Positions 57,498 through 59,293 of a stretch of DNA of 59,293 nt are shown piece by piece. Position numbers and translations under genes: made by a program. Origin of the DNA: a virus. Its lineage: Duplodnaviria; Caudoviricetes. Numbering within the stretch: position 1 is the stretch's first letter; every line of letters begins with the position of its first letter. Under the pieces are notes generated by a model. That model was not told the origin of the DNA. It saw nothing but the letters and a program-made list of their open reading frames with translations, and searched no databases. Location: positions 1 to 59,293 of IMG/VR virus record IMGVR_UViG_3300029286_000042. The stretch is one strand, 5' to 3'.

Positions 57498-57806
57498 TCA
57501 GCCTTCCTTGTCCGTCTTCCGTCTCTTCTGCGTCTTAGCCGCTTGCCTGCGAGAGTAGAGGTCCTCGCCAAAGACCCAGCCGACAACCGTTCCCGCCAAC
57601 CCGTGCAAAGCCAGAGGTACTGTGAAGTCTGCACTCATCAGCGAGCGGATATTGAAGCCGAGCCAAACGATGATGACGATCACCGCCACGCCACGCCTGA
57701 GATACGACATGCGCTCTCTGAAGAACCCAGACAGCAAGAGCCCCACGCCTACACCGGCAGCGAACGCGGCGATTGCCCAGAGAACTGCGCGAGTGATCGG
57801 GATCAT
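57498..57806 (-). CDS. Small 3-TM protein (holin-like)
   Basis: Three hydrophobic helices and a basic C-terminus, downstream of tail genes. Confidence 0.55.
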   Translation of the reverse strand: MIPITRAVLWAIAAFAAGVGVGLLLSGFFRERMSYLRRGVAVIVIIVWLGFNIRSLMSADFTVPLALHGLAGTVVGWVFGEDLYSRRQAAKTQKRRKTDKEG

Positions 57807-57858
57807 GCAGTGACACCCTCCCGTCGGTTCGGATCATTCCAGTCGATCTCCCTCGTTC

Positions 57859-58251
57859 CTACCGTACCGCAGGAGGTTCACTAGAGGCAAGGGTTTCATG
57901 GTCCCGTTTCTCCATCCCTTCCCCTTCTCCCTCTCCCGCCCCCAGCTGTGCATCATCCGGCCACTCGACAAAGCTCTTGGACGGATCGTCTTCGAGCCTG
58001 ACAGAGATCTTGGCAATGCCTCCCACCGCCCCCGCTCGCGCGCACAGGTCCGCGAACGCCGCCTGGTAGACTGCGTGCGCCTTCTTCGCGGCGAGCGCCG
58101 CCTGATCCACGGCCCGGTGCTCGTCCTCAAGCTGCCGGCGCAGGTGCGCCGCGTGCTCCTCGTGCGCAGCGCGCTCGGCGTTCGCCCGGCTCGTAGCCTC
58201 CCTGAGCGCCAAGAGCTTCCAGTGGTCCGCTTCCGAGATCCCTGCCCGCAT
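57859..58251 (-). CDS. Coiled-coil hypothetical protein
   Basis: Helical heptad-like sequence, RBS. Confidence 0.6.
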   Translation of the reverse strand: MRAGISEADHWKLLALREATSRANAERAAHEEHAAHLRRQLEDEHRAVDQAALAAKKAHAVYQAAFADLCARAGAVGGIAKISVRLEDDPSKSFVEWPDDAQLGAGEGEGEGMEKRDHETLASSEPPAVR

Positions 58252-58263
58252 GGTCCTCCCCCC

Positions 58264-58881
58264 TCAGTACGTGTCGATGTAGAGCAACTTCCGCCCATCG
58301 TCCAGATCGTTCCGCAGCTCCCAGTACCACGAGTAGTAGGTACCGTTCGGCGGTCTGGTGTTCGCCGCCGACGTGTGCGCCGTCTTGCAGCGGTAGAGGC
58401 GCACTAAGGACAGGTCGTCACGGAGCGCCCAGTACGTCGCCCAACTCGCACCAGATGTCGGCCTCGTAGTCGATCCCGATGTGTGGTTCGAGATGCAGCG
58501 GTAGCAGACGTTCGCCGCGCTCCCCACGACCAAGTCGCCAGTGTAGTACGTATTTGCCGTCACCCAGTCAGGCGCCGCCGCGCCGACTACCTTGTTCCCA
58601 ACCGCATACGCCGTAGACACCACCCACTGAGGAGCGTTCGCCGGGTCCCAGTAGAGCGGGATGCGCGTGCCGCCTACCGTCAGGATGCGCTTGTCAACGC
58701 CATTGACGAGCACCCAGATCCAGCGGGAATTGGTACCCGGCGTAGTGAACCCGGTGTAGCCGGTGAACGTGATGTGGTTCGACGACCACTCGTAGAACTG
58801 AATCCCGGCCCCCCGCAAGATGACCGCTCCATCCTCCGCCGTGATCTCGATAGCACCATCCGCGGTCAGAGAGATGCTCAT
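58264..58881 (-). CDS. Tail/receptor-binding protein with CBM5/12-like modules
   Basis: Two W.{4}Y..G..V and two YRC...HTS..P....YW motifs. Confidence 0.65.
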   Translation of the reverse strand: MSISLTADGAIEITAEDGAVILRGAGIQFYEWSSNHITFTGYTGFTTPGTNSRWIWVLVNGVDKRILTVGGTRIPLYWDPANAPQWVVSTAYAVGNKVVGAAAPDWVTANTYYTGDLVVGSAANVCYRCISNHTSGSTTRPTSGASWATYWALRDDLSLVRLYRCKTAHTSAANTRPPNGTYYSWYWELRNDLDDGRKLLYIDTY

Positions 58882-59293
58882 GTCGTGGTCACCTTGATGT
58901 AGCCCCAGACAGTCGTCGCCGGAGGCGCAGAGGTGTAGACACCCTCCCAAGAAAGCGTCGTACCTCCGAAGTCCATGGTGAGGCGAGTCGTGTAGCTCAG
59001 CGTGATCGTTCCCGCGCCAGCATCAATGTCGACGTCGCCCTCACCAGAGGTGAGGGTTATGCCCCCCCCAGGGCTTCGATCAGTACGCTACCGGCAGCGT
59101 GCAAGTTGACGTGCGAACCAAGCGACTCGCCGCTGTAAAGATCAATCCCCCCTCCCAAGCCGTAGCCATCCAAGATGATGCGCGTCCCGTCATCCGGCTT
59201 CTCGGTGCTCGCGAAGAGCCGGTAGACCCCGATGATGTCGTGGATGTTGACCGTCGTATCGCCCGCCGTGAAGTCCCAGTAGTTATTGAGCGC
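58878..59293 (-). CDS. C-terminus of a tail-like protein (starts beyond the window), frameshift at the G8 run 59062-59069
   Basis: My translation ALNNYWDF..LIEALGG then stop; the shifted frame continues ITLTSGEG..WGYIKVTTT to a stop overlapping the next ATG (ATGA). Confidence 0.55.

Noticed and set aside
57859-59293. Diversity-generating retroelement or invertible tail switch
   Set aside because: No reverse transcriptase, TR/VR pair or invertase in the window
1-59293. Stop-codon reassignment
   Set aside because: Conserved genes are full length in the standard code and end at TAG, TGA or TAA; the interruptions seen are frameshifts, and there is no suppressor tRNA

Overview
GC-rich tailed-phage (Caudoviricetes-like) genome segment in which essentially every credible gene is on the minus strand. 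Read in transcription order (right to left): end of tail/receptor-binding genes and possible lysis membrane proteins (57.0-59.3 kb); a ~10 kb DNA-modification operon (46.8-57.0 kb) with queC, queD, queE, folE, queF, a DpdA/TGT-like transglycosylase and two ParB/Srx-like proteins; an early region with four near-identical sigma70 promoter+RBS cassettes, tRNA-His, tRNA-Pro, candidate structured RNAs and ArdC; a recombination/replication module (SSAP-like, Cas4-like exonuclease, SMC-like ATPase, replication initiator, loader, intein-containing DnaB); many small hypothetical genes; and a packaging/head module (TerS, GpA-like TerL, portal, MuF with a JAB-like tail) followed by a SAM methyltransferase, RusA-like resolvase, DNA methyltransferase, a degenerate ligase-like protein and a truncated wecB. 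The best candidate for a new system is the preQ1/DpdA operon. It contains a DUF2156/Fem-like transferase between queF and dpdA, and a tightly coupled phnD-phnE-cytidylyltransferase-GT4-TagF-like block between queC and queD, which suggests an undescribed hypermodification of 7-deazaguanine DNA (or of the virion or host surface). At least four genes are frameshifted at G homopolymers. No integrase, major capsid gene or CRISPR array is seen in the window. All family calls are from motif recognition by eye; no database search was run.
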